Assembly (NCBI GenBank): GCA_965224485.1
Contig: CBDCZH010000014.1
Span: forward strand, 1 to 42,046
Length of the DNA stretch: 42,046 bases
Direction: 5' to 3'
Origin: Arcobacteraceae bacterium
Lineage (GTDB): Bacteria > Campylobacterota > Campylobacteria > Campylobacterales > Arcobacteraceae
Within the stretch, counting starts at the first letter, position 1. Each line of letters starts with the position of its first letter. Below the pieces are notes generated by a model that had not been told where the DNA came from, did not search any database, and was given only the letters and a program-made list of their open reading frames with translations. The position numbers and the translations under genes were made by a program. This document shows, piece by piece, positions 18,419-27,838 of the stretch.

Positions 18419-19510
18419 TTAGAAAGAATATTTTAATTCTAATCTACCCTCATCACTATCTTTACCGTTCATATCAGCAGCAGAGAAGTAAGTAGAGATT
18501 TTAAAGTTTGAGCTCATTTGATAAGAAGCAGATAAAAGTACTTCATCATAATCAGCATTATTGTTACCAATTTCGTAATCAATATCCATGTAATCTAAAC
18601 CAAGAGTGATTTTTTCAACTGGAGAAACAGATACACCAATTTGATAAGCAGTTGCATCATCTAAATCAGCAGCATCAGTTTGCTTTAATTGAAAGTCATT
18701 AACAGCAGCATCAGATTCACCATCTAAAGCAACTCCACCATTAGCACTATTATCATCACCAGTTTTAGCAAATGCAGCTCTTACAGAGAACATACCTAAA
18801 TCAGCTGAAGCAGAAATTTTAAGAACTTCGTTCTCAGTAGAATTAGCATCCATATCTTTTTCAGAATATCTAGCTGCTAAAGAAACAGGACCAACCATAC
18901 CATCAATTGCAACAGTATAAGCATCAGATACATCATTAACATCAGCATACCATACAGAAGCGTTAACAGGACCAAAAGAACCTAAAACACCAATAGCAGC
19001 GATATCATTATAAGCTGCATCAGAAGCATTAAAGTAAGCTAAAGCAACAGTTACAGGACCTGCAGGAATAGTTGCAGTAAGACCAGTTCCGTTTAAATCA
19101 TCAGTTAATGGACCTGGAACACCTTGTTTACCAGCAGTTACAGTTGCATAAGGTAATGCAAATGAGAAGTAAGCATTTTCAACATCTACAGTTGGGTTAG
19201 CATTTGCTGCTTGAATATCAGTAGCAGGAAGTGTATCAGCATTTCTATCTGCTCTTAAATCACCATCTACATCAAATTTAATAACAGCAGTTGTCATATC
19301 ATTAACTTTAACTTTTGCAGTTAGTTCGATATCATAATCATTTTCAACCATTGATTTACCATCTTCTTTATTAGTCTCAGTATATCTATATCTAACCATA
19401 CCAGAGATGTCTACGTTTTTGATTGCTTCTTCTAAGCTACCTGCATTTGCTGATGTGAAACCAGCTACTGCTACTGCAGCTACTAAACTCATTTTTGCGA
19501 ATTTTTTCAT
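18419..19510 (-). CDS. major outer membrane porin (Campylobacter MOMP/PorA-like)
   Basis: MKKFAKMSLVAAVAVAG signal peptide, SLEEAIKNVDISG N-terminus, C-terminal RLELKYSF; SD AGGAGA at 19515-19520 sets the start at 19510. Confidence 0.9.
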   Translation of the reverse strand: MKKFAKMSLVAAVAVAGFTSANAGSLEEAIKNVDISGMVRYRYTETNKEDGKSMVENDYDIELTAKVKVNDMTTAVIKFDVDGDLRADRNADTLPATDIQAANANPTVDVENAYFSFALPYATVTAGKQGVPGPLTDDLNGTGLTATIPAGPVTVALAYFNASDAAYNDIAAIGVLGSFGPVNASVWYADVNDVSDAYTVAIDGMVGPVSLAARYSEKDMDANSTENEVLKISASADLGMFSVRAAFAKTGDDNSANGGVALDGESDAAVNDFQLKQTDAADLDDATAYQIGVSVSPVEKITLGLDYMDIDYEIGNNNADYDEVLLSASYQMSSNFKISTYFSAADMNGKDSDEGRLELKYSF

Positions 19511-19617
19511 TTGTTCTCCTAAAATTTTAAAATTTATTTTCAGTTCCTCGGAGCGCGCGAACAACGTATTTTATATTAATAAATACGTACTTTCCGATTC
19601 ACCGTTGCAAAATATTA
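19511..19617 (-). promoter_or_regulatory. porin promoter (-10 TAATAT at 19612-19617) and structured 5' leader of about 95 nt
   Basis: Nested stems tcgga/tccga and acgtattt/aaatacgt. Confidence 0.5.
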
Positions 19618-19726
19618 CTCTGTTTAATTTTAAAGTTTTCTTAAATGAGCTAAATTCGAGACTTTTTATGGCTAATTTAAGCTAACTTTTAAATAAGGTA
19701 TTTAATTATCTTGTTTTTGAGTTAGT

Positions 19727-19774
19727 TTTGTAAGTTTGTAAGTTTGTAAGTTTGTAAGTTTGTAAGTTTGTAGG
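19727..19774 (+). repeat. 8-bp tandem repeat (TTTGTAAG)x5 + TTTGTAGG
   Basis: Directly counted: five perfect units 19727-19766 plus one variant. Confidence 0.95.
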
Positions 19775-19781
19775 TTCTGTT

Positions 19782-20114
19782 TTAGTTATTGCTTAGACTT
19801 ACTTGGCAGTTTTTTATTATATTTGGTTTTGTTATCTCTAATTTTAATTTTGTTATTTTATGTTTTTTTTCTATTTTTTTAGATATTTCTAAAATTGCTG
19901 TTTCTAAAAGCAAAAACTTTTTGTTTTTCATTGTTTTTTCTATATCTTTGGCAACTTTTGAATAATCTATGAATTTTTCAAGTTCATTATTTGTATTTTC
20001 TTTGAACTCATATATATAAGAGCAGTTAATTATAACTTTTTGTTTTTTAACACGCTCTTGTTTTAAAATTCCAATAATACACTTAAAACTTAGATTTTTG
20101 ATTTTAACTTTCAT
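19782..20114 (-). CDS. folB: dihydroneopterin aldolase
   Basis: CIIGILKQER, IDYSKV, FLLLE, ITKP; next to plsY; start at ATG 20114 (or TTG 20135). Confidence 0.88.
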   Translation of the reverse strand: MKVKIKNLSFKCIIGILKQERVKKQKVIINCSYIYEFKENTNNELEKFIDYSKVAKDIEKTMKNKKFLLLETAILEISKKIEKKHKITKLKLEITKPNIIKNCQVSLSNN

Positions 20115-20152
20115 ACTTATTGCTTTTTTACTCAAAGAAAAAAGTTGTATAT

Positions 20153-20776
20153 TTATACAACTTTTTTCTCCTCCCCTTTTATCATTCTAGTAATATTAGG
20201 AATATGCTTATAATATATGATAAAAGCAATTATATACATAGGAGCATTACTTCCAACTTCTAAACCATTATTTAAGAAAATTGCGCTTATAACTAAAGCA
20301 GTTAAACCTAAAAGAGAAGACATAGAAGATACTTTTAAAACTTTTACACAAAAGATCCAAACAAAAGCACCTATTAATGTAGGTATTGGAATTAATACTA
20401 AAAATACACCAAGAGCAGTTGCTACTCCTTTTCCACCTTCAAGTCCCAAATATATACTATAACAGTGTCCTAATACGCTTAAAACTGCAATAGCCCAAAG
20501 TGTTGAAGAACTAAGGTCAAAATACATAGCTACAAGTAAAACGAAGATACCTTTTAAAGCATCTAATAAAACAGTAGCAGCTCCTAGTTTTTTTGCTAAG
20601 CTTGGGTTTGTTTGTTTTACTACTCTTAAAACATTTGTAGCTCCAATTGATTTACTACCATGAGCTTTAACATCAACATTGGCAAAAGTTTTTGCCAATA
20701 TTAGACCAAAAGGAATTGAGCCTATTAAATAAGCGCCTAAATAAAATAAAATATTTGTATTTGTTAATAAATCCAT
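20153..20776 (-). CDS. plsY: glycerol-3-phosphate 1-O-acyltransferase
   Basis: YLIGSIPFG, GSKSIGATNVLR, GGKGVAT, HIPNI. Confidence 0.96.
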   Translation of the reverse strand: MDLLTNTNILFYLGAYLIGSIPFGLILAKTFANVDVKAHGSKSIGATNVLRVVKQTNPSLAKKLGAATVLLDALKGIFVLLVAMYFDLSSSTLWAIAVLSVLGHCYSIYLGLEGGKGVATALGVFLVLIPIPTLIGAFVWIFCVKVLKVSSMSSLLGLTALVISAIFLNNGLEVGSNAPMYIIAFIIYYKHIPNITRMIKGEEKKVV

Positions 20777-20869
20777 TATAAAAATAACCTTGTATTAGTT
20801 TTAGCAAAGAAGATTATAACCAATATTTTGTTATATTCCTTTTAATTAAAAAGTCAAATAAGGTTTAAC

Positions 20870-21862
20870 TTGAATTTAGAAGAAGAGATACAAAAATTAA
20901 AAGAAAAACTTGATGTTACAATTGTTGGACACTATTATCAAAGAGATGAAGTATTTAATATGGCTGATATAACAGGCGATTCTTTAGAATTAGCAAAAAA
21001 AGCAATGGAAGTTAAATCAAAGTACATAATTTTCTGTGGGGTTGCTTTTATGGGGGAGAGTGTTAAAGTAATGTCTCCACAAAAAAGAGTTCTTATGCCA
21101 AAAGTTGCCTGTTGTGCAATGGCTAGAATGATTGATGTTGATTATTACAACCAAAGCCTAAAAAAACTAAATGATCTTGGTATAAAAGATGAAGATTTAC
21201 TTCCTATTACTTATATTAACTCAAGTGCAGCAGTTAAGGCAAGAGTAGGTCAGATGGGTGGTATGGTTTGTACTTCTTCAAATGCTTATAAAATTATAGA
21301 GTCTGGTTTAAGTTCTGGTAAAAAAATATTTTTTGTACCAGATCGTTGTTTAGGTCAAAACTTTGCAAAATCTTTAAACTTAAAATCTTCAGTAATTGGA
21401 GATGGTACTGATGTTAATGAGGCAGATATTATTTGTTATAATGGGTTTTGCTCAGTTCATCAGCAGTTTACAGTTGATGATATTGAGTTTTACAGAGAAA
21501 AATATCCTGATATTTTAGTAGCTGTTCATCCTGAATGTGATCCCAGTGTTTGTGATGCTGCTGATTTTGTTGGTTCTACATCTGGTTTAATTAAATACAT
21601 AAAAGAGCTTGATATTGAACAAAAAGTTGTTGTTGGAACTGAGTATAATATGGTATCAAGATTAAGGACCAAAAATACATATATTTTAAGCTCAACAAAA
21701 CCTGAATGTCCTACAATGAACGAAACAACATTACAAGATTTATATAATACTTTATTACAAGTGCAAGAGAATAAAGACGAAGTTTATGAAAATGAGATTA
21801 TAGTTGAGCAAGATGTAGTAAAATGGGCTAGAATAGCTTTAGAGAGGATGTTTAAAATATGA
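20870..21862 (+). CDS. nadA: quinolinate synthase
   Basis: GHYYQ, GDSLEL, YINSSA, CSVH, HPEC, CPTM. Confidence 0.97.
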   Translation: MNLEEEIQKLKEKLDVTIVGHYYQRDEVFNMADITGDSLELAKKAMEVKSKYIIFCGVAFMGESVKVMSPQKRVLMPKVACCAMARMIDVDYYNQSLKKLNDLGIKDEDLLPITYINSSAAVKARVGQMGGMVCTSSNAYKIIESGLSSGKKIFFVPDRCLGQNFAKSLNLKSSVIGDGTDVNEADIICYNGFCSVHQQFTVDDIEFYREKYPDILVAVHPECDPSVCDAADFVGSTSGLIKYIKELDIEQKVVVGTEYNMVSRLRTKNTYILSSTKPECPTMNETTLQDLYNTLLQVQENKDEVYENEIIVEQDVVKWARIALERMFKI

Positions 21863-22680
21863 TTCATATAAAAAAGTTTGTAAAGAATGCTATTATTGAA
21901 GATAATGGACGAGGTGATTTGTTTTTTGATGTAGCTCCAAAAGGTAGGTTTAAAGCCCACGCTATTGCAAAAGATGATGGAATTTTAGCTGGTGTTAAAT
22001 ATGCAAAAGTATTAGCAAGAACTGAAAGATTTGATTGTAAGTTTTTAAAACAAGATGGTGATGTTCTAAAAAAAGGCGATATAATTGCACGATTAGAAGG
22101 TAAAGCTTCTGTTTTACTTTCAAGCGAGCGAACTTTTTTAAATCTTTTACAACATGCAAGTGGAATTGCTACTATGGCAAATGCTTATGTTAAAAAAATA
22201 CAAGACTTAGATGTAGTTATGTTAGATACAAGAAAAACAAGACCACAACTGCGAGAGTTTGAAAAATATGCTTCAAGAGTAGGTGGGGCAATTAATCACA
22301 GACTTGGACTTGATGATTGTTTAATGATTAAAGATACTCACCTAAGAACGATTGACAATTTAGAAGAGTTTATAAAAAAAGCAAGAAAAAGAATTTCTTG
22401 GGTTACAAAAATAGAAATTGAATGTGAAACTTTTGCTCAAGTTAAAACAGCTATGAGTGCAGGTGCTGATATTATAATGTGTGATAATATGAAACCAGAT
22501 GATATAAAAGAAGTATTAAAATATAGAGCCGAAGTTCATCCTCATGTATTAGTTGAAGCTAGTGGAAATATCTCACTTGATACGGTTAGGACTTATGCTT
22601 TAACAGGGGTTGATGCCTTAAGTTCAGGTTCAATCATCCACCAAGCAACGTGGTTAGACTTCTCAATGAAATTCGACTAA
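21859..22680 (+). CDS. nadC: nicotinate-nucleotide diphosphorylase (carboxylating)
   Basis: DTRKT, NHRLGLDD, IKDTH, EASGNI. Confidence 0.97.
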   Translation: MIHIKKFVKNAIIEDNGRGDLFFDVAPKGRFKAHAIAKDDGILAGVKYAKVLARTERFDCKFLKQDGDVLKKGDIIARLEGKASVLLSSERTFLNLLQHASGIATMANAYVKKIQDLDVVMLDTRKTRPQLREFEKYASRVGGAINHRLGLDDCLMIKDTHLRTIDNLEEFIKKARKRISWVTKIEIECETFAQVKTAMSAGADIIMCDNMKPDDIKEVLKYRAEVHPHVLVEASGNISLDTVRTYALTGVDALSSGSIIHQATWLDFSMKFD

Positions 22681-22681
22681 A

Positions 22682-22827
22682 AAAATAGGTGCATAAATTA
22701 TTGCTTTTTGCACATACTCTTCGTCAGGCTTGTAATTTGTGTCCTCATGTACTAGACGTACACTGCGGGAAAAATTACAAACCTTCCTTGATTATGCACT
22801 AAAATCAATAATTTCTGTACCTATTTT
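22682..22827 (+). repeat. 146-bp long imperfect palindrome, ERIC-like element copy 2
   Basis: Arms aaaataggtgcataaattattgctttt.../...aaaatcaataatttctgtacctatttt; core cTCAtgtac-tagac-gtacaCTGC; internal loop ttcgt/cctt. Confidence 0.85.
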
Positions 22828-22896
22828 GCGTGTGGTATGTTATTAATTCTTTGCTATTTACTTTGTGCTTTCATTAATTCTTTGTTATTGATTGCT

Positions 22897-22905
22897 TGAT
22901 ATAAT
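22897..22905 (+). promoter_or_regulatory. extended -10 element for DHH-M23-lpxC operon
   Basis: TGATATAAT about 24 nt upstream of the TTG start. Confidence 0.55.
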
Positions 22906-22928
22906 TTTATTTAAATTAAAGGACTGTT

Positions 22929-23918
22929 TTGAAGAAAGATTTTATTACTAATAACAAGATAGATATGTCTTCTTTTCTTGATGCTTTAAGCTTGATTGAA
23001 AAAGCTAGGTATATTTTAATAGTTACTCATGTAAATCCTGATCCTGATACTATTTCTTCTGCTTTGGCTTTTTCTAATTATTTTTTTAAAAATAAAATTA
23101 AACATAAGGTTTTTAATATTGATACTAAAAATATTCCTTCTCGTTTGGATTTTTTAGGTAGATGTGAAAAAATTACAGATATCTTTCCTAAGTTTTATGA
23201 TTTGATTATTACTGTTGATTGTGGAAACTCTTCAAGGCCTGGGTTTGCTCTTCCTAGTGATATTCCTATTATTAATATTGACCATCACAAATCAAATGAC
23301 AATTTTGGAGTGGTTAATATAGTTGATGCAAATAAAGCTTCAACAGCTGAAATCATATACGACTTTTTTAAATTCAATGGTTTGTATATAGATAAAGAGA
23401 TAGCTCAATGTTTATATTGTGGTATTTATGAAGACTCACTTGCTTTTACTACTCCTAGATGTGATGAGTTTACTTATGAAAAAATAAACTTTTTAGTTAA
23501 GTGTGGGGCTGATCCTTCTTATATAGCTCAAAATTTACTTCAAAGAGAGAGTTTAGCAAAATATAGAATTTTACCTAAAATTTTTGACTCCCTTGAACTT
23601 CATGAGAGTGGTGATGTTGCAAGTATATATGCCCTTCCTCTTTGGTTTACGCAAACAGGAGCTGTTTATCACGAAACAGAAGTTGTTTTAGACATGATTT
23701 TAAATATGAAGATAATAAAAGTTGCGATTTATTTAAGAGTTGTAAATGACAAAGTAAGAGTATCTTTACGTTCTAAGAAAAATATAGATGTATCTAAAAT
23801 AGCAATGAAGTTTGGTGGTGGTGGACATTTAAATGCAGCAGGATGTAGTATTGATACTCTTGATATAAATGAAGCAAAAGAAAAAATTTTAAAGGAATTA
23901 AATGAGACGAAAAAGTAA
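22929..23918 (+). CDS. DHH/DHHA1 phosphoesterase (NrnA-like)
   Basis: THVNPDPD, IDHH, SLRS, GGGGHLNAAG. Confidence 0.93.
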   Translation: MKKDFITNNKIDMSSFLDALSLIEKARYILIVTHVNPDPDTISSALAFSNYFFKNKIKHKVFNIDTKNIPSRLDFLGRCEKITDIFPKFYDLIITVDCGNSSRPGFALPSDIPIINIDHHKSNDNFGVVNIVDANKASTAEIIYDFFKFNGLYIDKEIAQCLYCGIYEDSLAFTTPRCDEFTYEKINFLVKCGADPSYIAQNLLQRESLAKYRILPKIFDSLELHESGDVASIYALPLWFTQTGAVYHETEVVLDMILNMKIIKVAIYLRVVNDKVRVSLRSKKNIDVSKIAMKFGGGGHLNAAGCSIDTLDINEAKEKILKELNETKK

Positions 23919-25272
23919 CTTTTCAAAATATTTTATAATATTTTTATTATTAATAATTACCATATCAACAGGGTTTATATATCTTTCTCCTCAGTTTGAG
24001 CAAAATAAACCAGAAGTATTTTTTAAAAATAACATATATTGGAATTTAAAAGATAAATTAAAGTTGAAACTTACAGATGATAGTGGAATTAAGTTTTACA
24101 AAATCACTTTTAAAGAAGGGGCAAATGAAACTGTCTTATATAAACAAGTTTTACAAGATAGTAAAAAAGAAGTTAACTTAGAAATAAGTGCTCCTTCTCT
24201 TAATATGTTTTTTAAAGGTAAAGATGTTCATATTATTGTAGAAGCTGTTGATGGTTCAAAATGGAATTTTTTAGAAGGTAATAAAGTTATAAAAGACTAT
24301 ACAGTCTTAATTGATCAAAAAAGACCTCTTGTTGAAGTTATTGCAAATACTTTAGCTATAAAAAAAGGTGGTTCTGCTTTAGCTATAGTAAAAGTTCATG
24401 ATATTAACTTAAAAGATGCCTATATTTCATTTTCAAATAAGCAAAGGTTTGAATTAATACCTTTTTATAAAGAAAACTATTATATTTCACTTATTGCTTG
24501 GAGTGTGGCTATAAAAGATTTTTCACAAGTTACTTTAGTAGCAATTGATAAGGCAAATAATAAATCTAGTATCAAAATACCTTTATATATAAGAAAACTA
24601 AAAAATAATTCTTCTAAGATTAATATTTCTGAATCTTTTATAAAAAATGTTAGTACTAAAGTAATTGAGCAAAGTTCTCAAGAAGTTCCTACAGAACTTT
24701 CAAATATTTTTGTGAAACAAAATAGAGATATTAGAGCACAAAATATAAAAACTATAAGAAAAGTAAGTTTAGAAAATATGAACAGAGATTTTTTAAGTGA
24801 TTTTAAAATCAAAGCTTTTAAAAGATTAAAAAATGCAGCAACAGCAGGAAAATATGCACAAAAAAGATCATATTATTTTGATGGTGAGCAAATAGATACT
24901 GCTTGGCATTTAGGAATTGATTGGGCTAGTGTTAAAAAAGCTAGTATAAAAGTTTCTAACCCTGGAATGGTTATTTATAATGATTATTTAGGAATTTATG
25001 GAAATACGGTTATAATAGATCATAAACTTGGTCTTCAATCACTTTATGCCCATACAAGTACATCAAGTGTAAATCTTACAGATGTAGTAAAAGCAGGGCA
25101 AAAAATAGCTAGTACTGGTACCTCAGGAGCTGTTTTAGGAGACCATTTACACTTTGGAATACTTGTTCAAGGAGTTGAAGTAAATCCTTTAGAATGGATG
25201 GATAAAAACTGGATAAAAACAAGAATAACTGATGTTATAAAAGAAGCAAAAAAGGTTATTGATACACAATGA
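23902..25272 (+). CDS. M23-family peptidoglycan metallopeptidase
   Basis: N-terminal TM, HLGID, YGNTVIIDH, YAH, HLHF. Confidence 0.92.
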   Translation: MRRKSNFSKYFIIFLLLIITISTGFIYLSPQFEQNKPEVFFKNNIYWNLKDKLKLKLTDDSGIKFYKITFKEGANETVLYKQVLQDSKKEVNLEISAPSLNMFFKGKDVHIIVEAVDGSKWNFLEGNKVIKDYTVLIDQKRPLVEVIANTLAIKKGGSALAIVKVHDINLKDAYISFSNKQRFELIPFYKENYYISLIAWSVAIKDFSQVTLVAIDKANNKSSIKIPLYIRKLKNNSSKINISESFIKNVSTKVIEQSSQEVPTELSNIFVKQNRDIRAQNIKTIRKVSLENMNRDFLSDFKIKAFKRLKNAATAGKYAQKRSYYFDGEQIDTAWHLGIDWASVKKASIKVSNPGMVIYNDYLGIYGNTVIIDHKLGLQSLYAHTSTSSVNLTDVVKAGQKIASTGTSGAVLGDHLHFGILVQGVEVNPLEWMDKNWIKTRITDVIKEAKKVIDTQ

Positions 25273-26180
25273 GACAAAGAACCATAGCAAAAGCAGTAGA
25301 AATTGTAGGTATTGGGCTTCATAAAGGAGTTCCTGTAAAAATGCGCCTAGAACCTTTAGGCGCAAATGAAGGAATAATTTTTTACCGCTCTGATGAAGCT
25401 TTGAGTATTCCTTTAAAGATAGAAAATGTAGTTGATACAAAAATGGCAACAGTAATTGGAAAAAATGGTGTTGTTATTTCTACAATTGAACATCTTTTAT
25501 CTGCTGTTTATGCTTATGGAATTGATAACTTACGAGTAGTAATAGATAATGATGAGGTTCCAGTACTAGATGGAAGTTCAGCTGGTTATTGTTTATTATT
25601 AGATGAAGTAGGAATAAAAGAGTTAGATGAGTCTAAAAAAGCTATAAGAATTAAAAAAGAAGTAAGTATTACTACTGATGATGGAAAAAGAGTAAGTTTA
25701 AAACCTTCAAATCGTATTGTTTTTGATTTTTCAATAGATTTTGAAAATCCTGTAATAGGACAACAAGAATATCATTTTGATTATTCTATTGAAGAGTATA
25801 AAGAAAATATAAGCAGAGCTAGAACATTTGGATTTTTACATGAAGTGCAATATTTAAGAAGTATTGGTTTAGCAAGAGGCGGTTCTTTAGAAAATGCAAT
25901 AGTAATTGATAATAACAAAGTTTTAAATCCTGAAGGTCTAAGATATGACAATGAATTCGTTCGTCATAAAATATTAGATGCTATTGGAGATATGGCACTA
26001 TTAGGTTATACAATGATTGGAGAGTATGATGCTCATGCTGGAAGCCATCATTTAAATCATCTTTTAACTAAAAAGCTTTATGAAAATGAAGAAAATTATG
26101 AGATAATTGATTTAGAAGAAGCTTCAGAAGTTGCTCATGTTTTTGAAAAAGCATATGCTTCTGTTTTAGTAAGTAAATAG
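25269..26180 (+). CDS. lpxC: UDP-3-O-acyl-N-acetylglucosamine deacetylase
   Basis: MRQRTI, GIGLHKG, TIEHLLSA, ARTFGF, RHKILDAIGD. Confidence 0.98.
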   Translation: MRQRTIAKAVEIVGIGLHKGVPVKMRLEPLGANEGIIFYRSDEALSIPLKIENVVDTKMATVIGKNGVVISTIEHLLSAVYAYGIDNLRVVIDNDEVPVLDGSSAGYCLLLDEVGIKELDESKKAIRIKKEVSITTDDGKRVSLKPSNRIVFDFSIDFENPVIGQQEYHFDYSIEEYKENISRARTFGFLHEVQYLRSIGLARGGSLENAIVIDNNKVLNPEGLRYDNEFVRHKILDAIGDMALLGYTMIGEYDAHAGSHHLNHLLTKKLYENEENYEIIDLEEASEVAHVFEKAYASVLVSK

Positions 26181-26187
26181 GTCTAAT

Positions 26188-26640
26188 TTGTTTGATATTT
26201 TAGTTATTTCAATAACAAATCCAATTTTAGTTGGTATCTATAAAGATGGTATTTTAGTTGATACTATTAAGCAAGAGGGTAAAACTTCTGATGTTTTAGC
26301 TCAAATTTTTGAAAAAGTTTTGAAAAATTATGAGATTAACAGAATATTTTATGTAAACTCGCCTGGAAGTTATATGGCAATTAAAGTTGCATATATATAT
26401 TTAAAAACTATTAGCATAGTAAAAAAAATACCTTTATTTGCTTGTAATGGTTTTTATTTTAATAAAAACTCTCCCATAAAAGCTTTGGGAAAGAAATATT
26501 TTATAAATAATAATGGTGAAATAACTTGTGAGTTTATATCAAAAGATACAATCTTACATGAGTTTTTGTTAAGTAAAACTTTAGATTTAAATATATTTTC
26601 TAAAGAAAGCTTACCAATATATAATCTGCCAGCAGTTTAA
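26188..26640 (+). CDS. TsaB-like (M22 glycoprotease-family) protein, short form
   Basis: NSPGSYMAIKV resembles the TsaB GPGSFTGxR motif; lies between lpxC and thrB. Confidence 0.7.
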   Translation: MFDILVISITNPILVGIYKDGILVDTIKQEGKTSDVLAQIFEKVLKNYEINRIFYVNSPGSYMAIKVAYIYLKTISIVKKIPLFACNGFYFNKNSPIKALGKKYFINNNGEITCEFISKDTILHEFLLSKTLDLNIFSKESLPIYNLPAV

Positions 26641-26650
26641 AGGAAAATAA

Positions 26651-27532
26651 TTGAGAATAAGTGTACCAGCAACAAGTGCAAATCTAGGCCCTGGTTTTGA
26701 TACTTTAGGACTTGCTTTAAAAGTAAAAAATCAAGTAATAATCAAACCAGCTAAGTTTCACTCTGTTTCACTAAAAGGTGAGGGGTCTAACAACCCTGTT
26801 TTAAAAGATAATAATATGTTTGTTGCTATTTTTAATGATTTTTATCATAATTTAGCAAGTAAAAAAAGAACATTTAGATTTGAGTTTGAAAATCAAATAC
26901 CACTTTCCCGTGGACTTGGTTCTTCATCTGCTGTAATAGTAAGCGCAATTGCTTCTGCTTATGCTATTGAAGGACTTGAATTAAGTAAGGAAAAGCTTCT
27001 AAATCTTGCTTTAGCTTATGAGTTTCATCCTGATAATATAACTCCAGCTGTTATGGGTGGTTTTACTGTTTCAACAGTTCATGATAATGAAGTTCAGTTT
27101 ATAAAAAAAACTATTCCTAAAACATTAGGAGCTATTATAGTTGTTCCAAATAGACCTATTTCAACAAACTTATCAAGAAAAACTCTTCCATATAAGTACT
27201 CAAAAGAAGATGCTACGTTTAATATTTCGCACTCTTCTTTACTAACAGCTGCTTTTATGAGTGAAAATTGGGACATGCTAAAACTAGCTTCTCAAGACAA
27301 ATTCCATCAACGATATAGAATGAAACAGATGCCAGAACTTTTTGAAGTTCAAAAAGTTGCTTTAAAGAGTGGTGCCCTAATGAGCACGCTTTCAGGTTCT
27401 GGTTCAACTCTATTTTCACTTGCTTTAACAGAAGATTGTAAGAAGATTGAACAGACTTTAAGATCTAGGTTTCCACACTTTAAAATATATATTTCTGGTT
27501 TCGATAACTATGGAATTAAGATAGATATTTAA
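26651..27532 (+). CDS. thrB: homoserine kinase
   Basis: VPATSANLGPGFD, PLSRGLGSSS, HPDN, LSGSG. Confidence 0.97.
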   Translation: MRISVPATSANLGPGFDTLGLALKVKNQVIIKPAKFHSVSLKGEGSNNPVLKDNNMFVAIFNDFYHNLASKKRTFRFEFENQIPLSRGLGSSSAVIVSAIASAYAIEGLELSKEKLLNLALAYEFHPDNITPAVMGGFTVSTVHDNEVQFIKKTIPKTLGAIIVVPNRPISTNLSRKTLPYKYSKEDATFNISHSSLLTAAFMSENWDMLKLASQDKFHQRYRMKQMPELFEVQKVALKSGALMSTLSGSGSTLFSLALTEDCKKIEQTLRSRFPHFKIYISGFDNYGIKIDI

Positions 27533-27568
27533 AGTTTTAGGGAATTAAGTTAATAATGGATATAATGT

Positions 27569-27838
27569 TTGGCTAATTTAAATAAACCTCTTAGAATGTG
27601 CATACTCTGTCGTGCACGTTTACAGAAAAGTACTTTAATAAGATTGAAATGCAAAAATAAAAAACTTGTATCATTTGATGGAAATGGTAGAAGTTTTTAT
27701 ATTTGTAAATCATGTATAGATTTGGCTTTTAATAGTAATAAAGATTTAAAAAGACTAGAAAAAATGCTCTATAAAGAGTGTAAAAATAAAGATGAGTACA
27801 TAGTACAACTTAAGGAGATATTAACGCATGTCAGATAA
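27569..27838 (+). CDS. DUF448/YlxR-family protein
   Basis: PLRMCILCR...GRSFYICKSC; directly upstream of infB. Confidence 0.88.
   Translation: MANLNKPLRMCILCRARLQKSTLIRLKCKNKKLVSFDGNGRSFYICKSCIDLAFNSNKDLKRLEKMLYKECKNKDEYIVQLKEILTHVR

Noticed and set aside
19511..19564. N-terminal extension of the porin in the ORF track (and similarly ccoN from 9294 and the ccoH-like gene from 13541)
   Set aside because: SD positions and signal-peptide or family N-termini support the downstream ATG starts.
19727..19774. CRISPR array
   Set aside because: Repeats are 8 bp, contiguous, without spacers, and there are no cas genes.
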